Of a DNA stretch of 64,000 nucleotides, positions 14,250 to 27,738 are shown in pieces. Made by a program: the position numbers and the translations under genes. Under the pieces are notes generated by a model. The model ran no database searches, was not told the DNA's origin, and saw nothing but the letters and a program-made list of their open reading frames with translations. Source of the stretch: Octopus sinensis (Eukaryota); the NCBI RefSeq assembly GCF_006345805.1, contig NC_043013.1, positions 57,908,001-57,972,000 of the forward strand, read 5' to 3'. The stretch's first letter is position 1. Each line of letters begins with the position of its first letter.

Positions 14250-14460
14250 GGGGCGGCTATTAAAGTTGCAGAAACGTTTGTATGACTGAAAATACTTTGT
14301 GTATTTGTTCCCACTCGCTTTGTTCTGAGTTCAAATCCCGCTGAGCTGAAACTTTTTGTGTTTACGGGAACAATAAAAACAAATCAATTTCTGGGATGGA
14401 TGATATTGGCGATCGTCCGCCTCTAATGTATATTCTGGGTTCCATATATTAAAGTAACAA
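14250..14460 (+). mobile_element. Highly degenerate SINE family B copy
   Basis: gttgcagaaacgtt...gttctgagttcaaatcccgc head motifs. Confidence 0.55.
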
Positions 14461-14938
14461 TGTAGTTTTCTGTCTATATATTCATCTATAGCGCCCTTCA
14501 TCAACGGTGAAATAAAGTATCAATGAAATTCGTGTGTTCGATATACACCTCGCCTACATCTCAAACCATGAGTCTCTGCTACAACTAAATATATAACAGA
14601 AATGAGAATGTTGTTTAAACACACCGGCCAAATACGATGTTGTTTAATTTTACTGATACTAAGGCCACTTGATTAACAATAGAACGGCCGGCAAATCTTA
14701 CAATTTAATTGTTTTCGACATATATTTACAAAGGTATATTTATGTAGAAAGTAACTTAATTTGAGTTCGTCAGATGAAACTGAGACGAGTTCCTCCTAGA
14801 AGAGACATCATAACCATTTAAAACCTATAAACACACACACCCACGCACACCCACGTACGCATACACACACGCACACACACACACGCACACAGATATACAA
14901 TTATAGTGGAAATTATTTTAAATGTTGCTGTATTGTTG

Positions 14939-15099
14939 CGCAGGAGTGGCTGTGTGGTAAGTAGCTTGCTAACCAACCACATGGTTCTGGGTTCAGTCCC
15001 ACTGCGTGGCATCTTGGGCAAGTGTCTTCTGCTATAGCTCCGGGCCGACCAATGCCTTGTGAGTGGATTTGGTAGACGGAAACTGAAAGAAGTTTGTCG

Positions 15100-15134
<35 letters not shown>

Positions 15135-15350
15135 ATGTATGTGTGTGTGTTTGTGTGTTTGTCCCCCTAGCATTGCTTGACAACCGATGCTGGTGTGTTT
15201 ACGTCCCCGTCACTTAGCGGTTCGGCAATAGATTATTCTAATAAGTACTGGGCTTACAAAGAATAAGTCCCGGGGTCGATTTGCTCGACTAAAGGCGGTG
15301 CTCCAGCATGGCCACAGTCAAATGACTGAAACAAGTAAAAGAGTAAAAGA
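14939..15350 (+). mobile_element. Composite tRNA-derived SINE family A copy (best preserved)
   Basis: caggagtggctgtgtggtaag head, CORE-like cttgggcaagtg, internal (TA)(TG) tract, tail ggcggtgctccagcatggccacagtcaaatgactgaaac plus (gtaaaaga)2. Confidence 0.92.
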
Positions 15351-15423
15351 ATATTATCTACAATAAAGTGACAAAACTATATCCGCCAACATCAGCTCTC
15401 TCGACATTATTCTAATGTATCAG

Positions 15424-15640
15424 AAGGCGGTGAGTTGGCAGAAACGTTAGCACGCTGGACGAAATGCTTTCGTCTGTCTCTACGTTCTGAGTTCAAATTT
15501 CGCCGAGGTCTACTTTGCTTTTCATCCTTTCGAGGTCGATGAAATAAGTACCAGTTACGCACTGGAGCTGATATAATCGACTAGTCCCACTCCTCAAATA
15601 TTTTAAAGGCCTTGTACCTAGAGTAGAAATAATTATTCCG
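15424..15640 (+). mobile_element. SINE family B copy
   Basis: aggcggtgagttggcagaaacgttagcac...gttctgagttcaaatt...cttttcatcctttcgaggtcgatgaaataagtaccag. Confidence 0.9.
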
Positions 15641-16219
15641 GTGTATCAGAGTATTGTCAGGTCATACCTTGGTATATGATCAAACGTGTTACACATGGTA
15701 TACTGACGGGTTTTGTCATACATTGATAGAAATATAATCCATCTACATGTCCATGGGTTAGAATCTCGGGTTAGCCATGTCATTCTATTTCGGTTTACAT
15801 ATACAGATAAATTCGATCTATTTCATAATTTATTGAATAGCAAATATTTGAGGAGGGTATGTGAAGAGGCGGAGGGATAAAAATTAGAGAGCAACTATAT
15901 TGACTATATAGTCGGAGATACGAGTGTTGTAGTCAATGTGGAGAGTAATAATTATGTGTCTCTTAAGATATTGTGTAATGTTACACAAAATAGGAGGGAC
16001 TCATTGAAAACTGTCACACTCCGTCACACTGAAAAGCTCGTAATAATTGAAGAGCTTCATTACAGATTTCGATTATTGTGCCTGGACCACAGTAGAAGAG
16101 TAAAAACGATTAGAAACGAACATGTTGGAGTTAGGTATCTGTCAAAGCATCCAGAAAAGTAAGTATTGAAAAGAAGTTGAAGAATAAATTGCAGTCCAGG
16201 GATTGGTAACATTGCCAGT

Positions 16220-17010
16220 TAATATTATGTTTTCAAATTTTGACACACAACCAGCAATTTGGTGGGAGGGAGTAAGCAGATTACATCGACATTAGCGCTC
16301 TACTAGTACTTAATTTATCGACCCCGAAAGGGTGAGAGGCAAAATCGACTTCGGTGGAATTTGAACTCAAAGCGTAAAGAGAGATGAAATGACAAAGAGT
16401 TTCGCCCGGCGTCGGAACGATTCTGCAAGCTTGCTGCCTTAATATTTCGTAATATTGGTTTCAAATTTTGGCAGAAAGCCAGCAAAGTCTTCGGAAAGAA
16501 TAAGCTGGTTGCATCAACATCATTCCCAATTGGTACTTACTTTATCGACCAGTAAAGGAAGAAAGGAAAAGTCGACTTATTAAATAATATTGATTTTAAT
16601 TTTGGCACAAGGCCAGCAGTGGGGAGAACAGAGTAAGTCGATTACACAGATTTAATGTTGAACTTTTACTTATTTTATCGATCCCAAAAGGATGGAAGGT
16701 AAAGTCGATCTCAGTGGAATTTGAACTCAGAATGTCAAGTCGGACGAAATGCCGCTAAGCTTTTTGTCTTGCGTGCTAACGACTCCCGCCTTTACTTACT
16801 ACATATTGTTTTTAAAATCTGGCACAAGGCCAATAAGCTCAGGGGTTGGAGTAAGTCGATTACACCAACCCCAGTGTTCAACTGGTACTTATTTTATCGA
16901 CCACGAAACGATGGAATGTATAGTTAACCACCGCGGAATTGAAAACGGACGAAATGCAGTTAAGTGTTTTGTACGGCTTGCTAACGATTCTACTAGCTTC
17001 CTGTCCTTAC
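16220..17010 (-). mobile_element. Four head-to-tail SINE family B copies
   Basis: Copies at ~16220-16447, 16450-16580 (truncated), 16585-16795 and 16803-17010, each starting on + with (t)aatatt...ttt..aaattttggc. Confidence 0.85.
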
Positions 17011-18139
17011 TCATTGCATAATATTGAAAGGAAGCATTGTACCTTAAATAAGAAATGCACAGATTTGTGGGTATTTACTAAGATGTTTGACTTAAAGAGT
17101 AAGTAGCATATTCTTATTAAAACATGGTTTGTCTAATGCAAATTACGATTTTAGCCATAAAAAGAGCCTGCAGAAAAGTCGGTGCCATCTTGCCAAATTT
17201 AGCAAACAGTTGGAGAGTATGGATTTGCCTGAACATAAGTGCTAGCCATTATTCATGACTTATTCGTGATTTTAAAGAAGATATCATTTAGTTGGATGGA
17301 AAAACGGTGATCGATAGTTACATGATCACTTCATTGTATTGAAACCAATTTATCATGTATCCTGATATATCGCTATTGATTGCAATGGGCTGCACACACT
17401 AGCAGAGGTCTCTCTTGTACATATCGCCTGTAAGATATATTCCATCAACTATCATTTTCATCTACAATTGTTTGCAGACATTCACGAAAACGTACATAAA
17501 CACACACAAACTCACACAAACGGGCCACTTGTGCATACACCACATAGACACGCGCTCATATTCATCATAAGATAATGCACACACCCGTACACACAGGTTC
17601 ACACAAATGTATATCTCCTGACACGTGCACCAATATACAGACACATTCACACAGAAATACACGTTCACATGCAGCAAAACCTATAAACATGCACATGCAA
17701 ACGCTCCTAACATGTTATACAACATCACACACCCATTCACAGTCGTACATACACAGAGATAAAGAAACATAGTTGCGCATACATTTACACGTAAAGATCG
17801 ATCACCGACGTTGCAAGGACTACACCGTAAAGGTTAGCCAATCTCTTTAGAGTAAGTAAACTCGTTATTATATTCGCCACCATTCACTGAATCACGTCAA
17901 ATTACTACTCCCACATCGAGGATGGTGCCACTCTTACACATGCAAAACATCTTGAGCGACATCCAGAGGAAAATAATAATAAAAATAATTAAACATTTTT
18001 CAATCAACTGACCCACTGTCTAGTCTCCATTTCTTTCACCATTTAAATAGCTTCCGCTACTTAGAGATGACTGTTGGCACAAGGCTTAGTAATTTTCGAG
18101 GAACACTCCATTTAATACCCCATACTGTCAAATACTACG

Positions 18140-19786
18140 AGTTCACCAAAAATTTTCTCCGGAAGACATTGAATCTGGGGTACGAACTAAAGGGAAAATA
18201 CCAAGTAGTCAAACCACCTCCCCTTCATGGATGATTTGAAACTGTCCGACAAGGATGTGACAAGTGAGTCTCTTGGTGAACACGGCCCACTATTTTAGTA
18301 TTGATATTTGAATGGAATTTAGATTCAAGAAATGCAGAGTATTCTACCTAAAAAGAAGCAAGGAACAGTCCCTAGCAGGGATAAAATTACCGAACAGAGA
18401 CCTCATTAAACAAATTGAAAGGGAAGGATACAAATGTCATGGTGTACTAGAGTTCAACGAGATAATGGAGAAGGAAATAAAAAGGCAACTGAGGATGGAG
18501 TATTTCCGAACACTGGGGTTAATTTTGCACTAAAAATTTACAGGAGGGAATAAAATCCAAGCAGTTAATACGTGGGCGATATCAAGACTTCAGTACGGAG
18601 AGGGAATTATAATATGGCAAAAGTGAGAAGAGAAGAAAATGAATACCAAGACCTGAAAAAATGTCGACAGTACACGAAGCCTTCCACCTAAGAGTAATAC
18701 TGATAGGCTGTACTTGTCCAGAAGAAAGATTGGGCGAGGTTTCATCAGTTGTCAGGACTCTATCGAAGCAGAGGAAAACAGCCTGGAGTGGTATATGGAA
18801 AATGCTATGGAGCCACGGTTGAAACACACGAAGAAGGCTGGTGTCATCAAAACTGAAGGGAGTGCAAGGAGAGAAAAAAATTAAACAAGAAATGAACAAA
18901 AGAAAAAAAGAAAAGAAACAGCATGGAAGGAAAAGGAAATGTGCGGTCAGTTTGCATGAGATGTGAACACCAAGACAGATACAGAGGTCAGGCGGTTGTG
19001 GATGAGGGGGAGTGACCAGAGGATGGAGACAGAAATACTCATATGCGCAGTTCAGGAACAAGCGTGAAGGACCAACTATATGAAGTGCAGAATAAACAAC
19101 ACTACGGATAACGACAAAGGTAGAATGTGTGATGAGAGAGGTGAAACGGTAACACAACATCGTTAGCGAATGTTCGAAATTAGCACAATGCGAACAAAAA
19201 AGACGCCATAACAATGTGGTAAGAATGATCAATCGCGGCTTATTAACATCAACGACGTGGTATGAGAAAACTCCTGGAGTCATGGAAAAGGAGAATTGCA
19301 AAATCCGGTAGGATGTAATGATCCATTGCAATCACTGTCCAGACATAGGGAACCGGACATTGTTGTAGTGAATAAAAAAAGAAAGGACATGTATGATAGT
19401 CGACATAACATGCCCTGGTGACAACAAGTTCAATGTGAATGAAGAAAAGATAAACAACTATGACAATTTGAAGTCGGAGATACGATTATTGTGGTCAATG
19501 TGGAGAGTAGACGCGACACCAATATTAATTGGTGCACTTGTAAGTATCAGCACTCAACTTCCAACACGACTGAAGAAAGGTCGGTACAAGTGTGAAGGTA
19601 GAACACCTACAAAAATCAGCCTTGCTTGGAACTGCAAGAATAATTCATCGCAGGATTCTTCAAGCATGTCCAGTAAAGAAGCGTCACCTTAGTTAGCTGG
19701 CTGTGGACAGTTGACACTTTCCCTCATACCCAGTAAAATAAGTTGAGAGGTTTTATAACAATAATCATAATAATAATAGTAATAGT
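18140..19786 (+). mobile_element. 5'-truncated R4/Dong-like non-LTR retrotransposon (RT C-terminus, CCHC knuckle, restriction-like endonuclease), pseudogenised
   Basis: FMDDLKL at ~18224, MEFRFKKC, RLYLSR..GRG, CRMC..ETV.H...EC, RH.NV, D.VV..K and IVDITCP...KINNYDNLKSEIRLLW...PILIGAL; TAA-rich tail at 19755-19786. Confidence 0.88.
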
Positions 19787-19790
19787 AAAA

Positions 19791-20515
19791 ACAAATGAAA
19801 GCAGAGACTGAGAACACTATAATGGCAGCGCAAGATCAAGCTTTGGTCACGAATTGGAGGGTCAACCTTTGGAATGAGCAAGTGTTTCTGGTTTGCCGCA
19901 TCTGTAATAGATTGGACGAAACCAATGCTAATATCGGGAATGCCCTAGTCTCCCCCACCCCCCCAAAAAAACACGACCAAGTGTGGCGACATGGTAAGGT
20001 GCTACATTGGAAACTGTGCAAAGAAGATGTCGCATGAGCACAAAACGAAGAGTGACTGAGTTGGAGGGTTGCAAAATCCTCAGAAAACCTCGCAATGCAA
20101 ACAGATCAAGTGCCAGAGCATAACAGACCGGACTTAGTTGTGTTCAACAAGTTGCATCACATCTGCTATATAGTTGATGTTCCGTGTCCATTTGGCCCCC
20201 GAATATTTAAAAAGGCGAAAATTGATATATAGAAACCCCTTAAGTACGAAATAGCCCGGCTATGGTAAATAAAGGAGGTGAAGATAGTGCCTATTATTGT
20301 TGTTTCCTTGAGGAATGTATCAGGAGGCATCGAGTGAAATGTAAAGGAAATCGAAATAGTGTGCTCAGTAGAATTGCTGCAAAGGTTTTGCCTCATTGGC
20401 ACGACCAGAATAACCAGGAAAGTATTAGAGAGCTGAAAAGAACAACATGGTACCATAGGCTGCAGGGAACAAGCTTGCTACGCATGCCAGACTTCAGGAG
20501 TTACAACAAAATCTG
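19791..20515 (+). mobile_element. Second, diverged R4/Dong-like 3' fragment
   Basis: MKAETENTIMAAQDQAL, CRIC...ET, KVLHWKLCK, HNRPDLVV...IVDVPCPF motifs. Confidence 0.82.
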
Positions 20516-20519
20516 AGAA

Positions 20520-20632
20520 GATGAGAAGAAAAAGAAAAAAAAGAAAAAGAACAAAAAGAACAAAAAGAAAAAGAAAGAAAAAGAAGAAGAAGAAGAAGAA
20601 GAAGAAGAAGAAGAAGAAGAAGAAGAAGAAGG
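20520..20632. repeat. (GAA)n / A-rich microsatellite
   Basis: Direct inspection. Confidence 0.95.
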
Positions 20633-20644
20633 CAGATTGGCTTT

Positions 20645-20790
20645 TGTTTTTGGCACAGGTCCAGACATTTTGAGGATAAGGGAAAAGTCGATGTCTTTGA
20701 CCCGAGTACTTGAGCGGGGAATTTGAACTCAGAACGTAGACGGAACAAACAGCGTAAAGTATCGTGTGCTACGCTTTAACACTTGCTGTT
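20645..20790 (-). mobile_element. Degenerate, internally deleted SINE family B copy
   Basis: ttttggcacagg...aagtcgat...gaatttgaactcagaacgtag. Confidence 0.6.
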
Positions 20791-21683
20791 ATAATTTGAA
20801 TTCATATAATTTTTTTTTCAATATATATTCATGAATCAGAAGCAATAACTGCCTGACAGACAATAATTTCAGTGAAGAACATCCACCAGACAACATCTAG
20901 TTGACTACTTTTTGAAAATGTTTGTTTTAATGAGCCATAGACCTATATTTGAACAAACAGAACACCAAACAACACACTTCAGTATCATCATCAACATCAT
21001 CGTCGTCGTCGTAGTCGTTATGGACTCCATCTTCATTATTACTCTCATTGAATATTTCAACAGTCCGCCATCGTTCTTTGTCTCATTTTCGTTCTGCATG
21101 CTTTTCATACAAACATCGTATTAATTTATTCCTTGCCAGAGTACTTCATTTAGAAGTTTTGTTAGAATTCACAATAGGTGTTGTCATGATTTCGAAAACA
21201 TATATTTAGACATTTTATTTTCTTCTTTCTAAGAAGACATATTCTCTCTTAAATTAAGACATTGTTATGTTTTCAAAGATTTAAAAAAATAAAAGAATAG
21301 CAGAATTTATGTTTAAATATATTTTGATTTTTTTTCTCACTTTAACAATAAAAGTATAAGTATAAATTTATTCTAATTATGTATGGCTCTTGTTTTTTCT
21401 CTGGAAATTTAAAAATATCCATAAGAACTTTGTCGATACTGTTAAAAATTATTACACACAATATTTGACTGAAAGTAGTTATCTATTTCCAATAAAATAT
21501 CAAAAGAAGAAATAAGACATTTCTCTAAGGAAGAGGAAAAAAAAAAGATTCTATATAACAAAAATCAAACAAAACAGATTGCGATTTTTGCAATGGTGAG
21601 TTCCATAACGCTCATAAAAACAAAGATTTACACTCACCCACACACGCATACATAGTTATATATAAAATATATATGTTCTATAA

Positions 21684-21830
21684 ACATACATACATACATA
21701 CATACATACATACATACATACATACATACATACATACATACATACATACATACATACATACATACATACATACATACATACATGCATGCATACATACATG
21801 CATACATACATACATACATGCATATATATA
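21684..21830. repeat. (TACA)n microsatellite
   Basis: Direct inspection. Confidence 0.97.
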
Positions 21831-22520
21831 TACATGGGTATATACATTTTTATATATGTATATATATTTATATACATAGGTATATAAATTTTATATATAT
21901 ATATATATATAGCGTTTATTATATGTAAGTAAATATATTTTATATAAAACTTCCAATTTAATCATATTACATCATGTCTGTGAATATTTGAAAACATCAT
22001 ATTCTTACGACAAATTTGGAAATAAATCAATTGTGTTTATTGTTTATCAGATTAACGAAGATTGATTATTGATTTTGAAGATATGTTATATGGTGGATAT
22101 ATCATTGCTTTTATTATTCACCACAGACATTCCGGCAAAATTACTTTAAGAAGATAGTTTTCTTTCCAATATTGCAATTTATGGAGAATTGTTAAATCAA
22201 AACCTACCAACGATTATTCAAATATATCAAGAAACTTCGAAATGTATTTTATTTCGTTGTTACAATTTCTCTTTAGAGCCTTTTGTAGAATTGATAATTT
22301 TCCTTGTATTTGAATTATAGGTAGGCTGTTATGCTCCTGGACAGTTGTTAGAAATAAGTCAGAGATTCTGAGGAAGAAATTAACTGAGGTATTTATAGGC
22401 GATACGTGACTGTTATTTTATGGAATCACTCTGCCTTTCGCCTCGTTATGGAGTAATACACCATCTTGTCTTCTGTATATCGATCTTACTACCGATGTAC
22501 CTATCTATCTATTCATGTAT

Positions 22521-22577
<57 letters not shown>

Positions 22578-25500
22578 TATACGCACACATAGATATAGCT
22601 ATATTAGATCCACTCATTAAAATAATGCAACCAACTACAATCATTAAATTGTAACTGGTTTGGAATCATCACGCTGCTTGTATTTTAGTTCAACTGTTAG
22701 TTGAAAATAAATAAATGTATACTGTGCAACACAATACAGTGCTTTTATGATTCACTGAACTGTGAAATATGTGCTTTATACAAAATGAGGACGGAGAAGC
22801 TATACTTTTATCAATTATGTGTACATATTAGCCTAAATGTTAAAAGTCCAAAAAGTAACATTGTTGTTGGGATTTTTTTCTTATTAGTACATGAATGAAA
22901 TGCCACACTAAGTGAATAAGTTACAATACTGCATGAAAGGCATGTATAAGAGGTAAACGTATGCACAAGACCAAACACATCTAGTTATATGCATTGTTGC
23001 ATGAGGTAGTAATTATTTAAAATAGAACAGGTTCAATAATCATTAAGCATTAAGTATTTATCGAAACTTTGTCATAAATGTAAACGTTATTTTGTTATTT
23101 TCTTGAAGGAACATTTAAGCTAATCTAACGTATTATTGTCAGCAGGGTTTTCTCCCCCATCCCATATACTAGTATCAGTAAAGTTGTGATTCGGATATAG
23201 CAAATGTGGGATTAGAAAAGTTGGTTCATCTTTTAAATGATTATCAGGTCCATCTTGTTCCCTTCTAATTTCAGTGAACGATTTGTGACCATTTGTTACA
23301 AGAACGAATAATAAACTTTTATCTGTCAACATTTGAAGAATTAAGGTTTGTGCTGATCCTTGCTGAAATCGCTTGTATACTTCCTCAGTTGTTACAATAA
23401 GAAAAACTTGCATCTAACATTTGTCTCATTATGCTGTCGTAATATATAACACCAAGTCAATCACTTGATACAGAAATTATTGAAAGCGATTCTAATCCTA
23501 AGATTTTAGTTTCCAAACAGCATAATTTTTAGCTTTCTAATATAACCAAGAATTTTTATAATGTTCTTTTTTACATTCTACTGTAAAGAAAGAGAAACGA
23601 GACTGAAACTGGAATACAGAATACAGAGAAACAACTCTGACAAGGGAATTGTATCACCTTTAATTCACTTATTGAGACATTAGTTATTTAATTAAAGTTC
23701 TCACATTGCTATTTTGTCTATTATTAACACTGTATTTGTGTTGATATTGTAAGTATACATTTGTAAGTTAGATAATACATAGCACTGCTAAATATTTATC
23801 CGACATTTTAAAACTGTGTTATAATAGAATGTCTTACGTCTCAGAATGTCTTAGAATCTCAGTTAGTGTGGTCAACACGAGGTCATCACTAACATTGTGT
23901 ATTACCATTTTGTTTGTGGGTAACAACTGTTATTTCATATTTGCTGACCCCTAGAAAGTATGAAAAATGGCTAATATTTCCTTCAATCTTTGCTTTTGTT
24001 ACATTTATTCAAACCAAGAAGAATCCCTCTCAACACATGGCTATAATGATCCTCCACTACTCCTGCTCATGACAACAGATGTACAAATAGCTAACCACTA
24101 AGGGACATGCTTAACCTGTTAATGTCAAGTAAATCTATGGTATCGAGTAGAATATTTGTTATAATGATATTTCTGCTTCAGCAACTCGGCGCTGAATCTG
24201 AAATGTAATGGAAAGTAGGTCAGCTTCAAAACATTGATGTCTAGGTTACAAAAGCAAAGTATTTAAGGGAGTAGTAATCATTCCCTTTGATTTCGTGAGA
24301 GAAGCAAATAGAAAATGACACTCACTGACCAAAGGCAAATAAAATTTCCTACACAGTGACAACCATCGCCTAAATGGTAAAACAGCTGACGGACTGATAT
24401 TTCGGTTCAATAGCATTAGACTTACTGTTTGAGCAATACTGTTGTATTTATACCAAGTACGTGGTTACATGGTTGTTGAAATCAACGCAACCTTGAAAGA
24501 AGATAACATTTTATAGAGTTAAATTGCAGTTGGGTAAATCAATTTGGAAGTTTTAATGTCTAAACAAAAACTGTAATACCACTTGTGCACATATAAATAC
24601 TTATTCTGAATCTTGGTCGGAATAATGACTGGTTGAGTATTAATTTCCATTTGCTTGTTTTATGGTTTTTGAAGCAACAATGACACCCAGAACTGTGAAC
24701 GTGTCACCTTCTGCTAAATTTCAGGTTATAATTACAACTGCAGATACATATGTTAGACAATTAATGTCTAACATATATTCTGCTCTAGTTGTACTCGATA
24801 TCTACAGTGGTACATTGGTGTTACAATTTGCTATGAAGTCATTTTCCTTATTACTTACTTATCTAGTTTCTTTAATTTCAAATGCATTAAATTCGTATGC
24901 AGTGTATACATAATAAGAATCAACAGAACTAACTTAACCATTGATATTAAGAAACATTTCCGTTTCTACAGTCTGTTTCTACCATGTGAGTTCTTATTAG
25001 AATTCATCAGCATTGTCCTGCAATAAAAATCCCCGAAATAGAAGCAGATATGGGAGTAAAATCTTAACTTGAATAAAGTAGACTATATTGTATGATGTAG
25101 TTCAACATATGTCTGAAATATAAGACAGGACGGTCACAGATGGAACTTTGTGCTTATTTCCTGTTGATTATTTAAGGCGGAATTGTTTGGACTGCAGATC
25201 GTTCAGGAATCTGCCATCTATTTGTTTCCGTTCTCTGTTCTCTGATTTCTAATTCTACCGAGATCTACTTTCTCATTCATCGAAAATATAACACGAGTAA
25301 CATACTGCGTCGATCCTTCTTTCTCTGTTACAATCATTTACATAGCATAGTCAATCATAGAGGACCATTCTCAATATTTCTCATTCCATATATGGAAAAA
25401 GTTTTAGTTAGTGGCTAACCAGCTCTTGTAGAGAATAGAAAAAAAATTATCTTAAGGATGGTTTCTAAGGAAGTTCCAAAACCAACACCTGTATATATGT

Positions 25501-25671
25501 AGAAGAGTTGGTTTTAGGGCTGAATATGCTTCCAGAAGTTTTAAACTAATTGTACATCATTTTTACATATTTAAAATACCTCAACGCTTTCAAATTATTT
25601 GTTTTTCAATAGTAAATAAAACAAGTTTAAAAGAAATTGAATATACAAGAAAATAACCGAGAAACAAATTC

Positions 25672-27430
25672 TGTCACCAGGAAGTCAACAAAATTCTGGA
25701 TTACTGCCAAACCAAAATTTTAGACCAAAACATCTGAAAACCAAACTGTCCGGGAAGTCAGCTAACCAGTGTACAAGTCCACAGGTGGACGAAAGCAAAC
25801 GATGCCATTGAATTTCTCATCAATTTGGACTTGAACCCGTTATATCCTTAAAATGTTGGATTATTATAACGCCCAATTCGGTATACAATATACTTAGTAA
25901 AACCAGTAAACACATGACTATCTCTGGCCGCCTACTACGTATTCTGGTACTTCTCGTACTTCCCTTTACTTTTAGTGACTAGGTTATTCCATTTGTTACG
26001 TGGAGGGCTGTACCATCTCCCCTTTTACGTTTTTCCTGGGAAATGTCATTTTATTTAGCAACAATGTTTTTTATTCAGGCTGCCTCGCTTTTTTTTTAGC
26101 TCTTTTTTCTTTCGTCCGATTTGCGCTTTGCATCTATTTTCAGGAACTCTGAATGTTTTCTTTTCCTCTCACTTGCACGCCTCGGTTCAATCTTCTACAG
26201 TGGCGTTAGTATTTGGAATGCCTCGTACGGTTCCCCCAAATTCTTTTGTTCGCTTTCTACGAATCTCTTTTTCAGCTGGTTCCTGTGTTTCTTTTGTACG
26301 TCTTTTCTACTTTTTTACCCAATACATCATTTTATTTATGCATTTGGTGTTTCTGTCACCTTCCCAAAACTGCTTTCCATGCCCTTATATAAACCTTTTC
26401 ACCAACTTTAAATAATCTTGCTATGTTTTCCCTGGTACGTTTTCTTGCCAGGTAGCAATTTATCAAAGATTAATTTTATTTTCCTTGCAAACATCAGCTC
26501 CATTGGTGAGCTGCATGTGGATGTGTTCGGATTTGGTGTCCCACGGTACACTCTTAAGAATTGTTGTAGAGCTACCTCACCCGTGACTTCCTTATTCGAT
26601 TCTCTTAGGGCTCTTTTGAAGATATCAACAAAGCTTTCTGTCAGTCCATTAGATCTGGAATGGTATGGTGCCGTATTTATATGTTCTGCCGCATACATAT
26701 CTCAAAATTTTTTAAATTCGCTAGACACAAATTCCATTCCATTATCAGACAATATTTTGACTGGGATGCCAAATTTTGCAAAGAATTTATTTGAAACATT
26801 TATTACAGTTGAGGAGGTTGATTTTTCACACTTACAAGTTTCAGGCCATTCCGTGAAACTAACAACTATCTCTAAGTAGTAAGAACCATGTAAAGGACCA
26901 GCGAAATCGATGTGTAGCCTGGTCCAAGGAACATCTGCTTTTGAACAATGTGTACTTTTTATCGTGGCCAAATTTTCATTTAGTTTTGGCTTACACACAG
27001 GTGTCCCACTCTGTTTTACTACAAGTTTTTGTTTCCGCCCTTCAACCGTATTTAAGCCTTAGACTGACCCGACTATACTTCCACTCAAAACACATATGGG
27101 CGTATTCCACAACTTGAATAGTTCAATCCACTCTGTGCCGAATAAATTAATTGAAGTTTTTAAAACATGTATCTTTGCCTTTTTCGTTTGATCTCGAAAT
27201 GTTACACTACATATTTATTCACTGACAAAATGTGCTACCTTTTTCGATTTAATTAATTTCGGTTTACCGGCATATTTCCACGATTTTTCGTTTATAATGG
27301 TGAGGTTACTACTGGTGTCCAATTGCCTTTTAACACTTGGATTTCTCATTTCTACCTTCACAAATTTTCTCATATATTTCCAATTTCTTCCGATGACATA
27401 CTATTTATTCTACAGTACATGTAGGCTGTA
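25672..27430 (-). mobile_element. Ty3/Gypsy LTR retrotransposon remnant (protease end, integrase, PPT, candidate 3' LTR)
   Basis: Integrase motifs PWTRLHIDFAGP, FGIP..ILSDNG, APYH..SNG..E.FV (26408-26998). Protease-like NLFGTEWIELFKLW near 27110-27160. Purine tract aaaaggggaga at 26016-26026 followed by TG; candidate LTR 25672-26015 is less certain. Confidence 0.85.
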
Positions 27431-27499
27431 TTTTATTCGTGAGTTGAGAGTGTAGTGCTTGAAATGTTCTAGCATTAAACTGCATGTTGTTTATTTCGG

Positions 27500-27666
27500 T
27501 CTACATGTATACTGAATTTAGGTCCCTTTGGAAGCTTGTGACATCATTTTGGTTTTTTATTGCATGTGATAATTCTGTGTCATCGGCATAGCTAGTGACA
27601 GTGGCTGTCTGAGTGACCCTGGGCATGTCTAAGAAGATTATTATGAACAGTATTGGCCCCAGAACA

Positions 27667-27668
<2 letters not shown>
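27500..27668 (-). mobile_element. Short RT fragment of a CR1-group LINE abutting (GA)n/(TA)n
   Basis: TVLGPILFII...TSYADDT, homologous to the RT at 46380-47249. Confidence 0.85.

Positions 27669-27738
<70 letters not shown>

Noticed and set aside
24748-24776. Perfect 12-bp-arm hairpin atatgttagaca/tgtctaacatat
   Set aside because: Short and AT-rich; plausible by chance, with no associated element.
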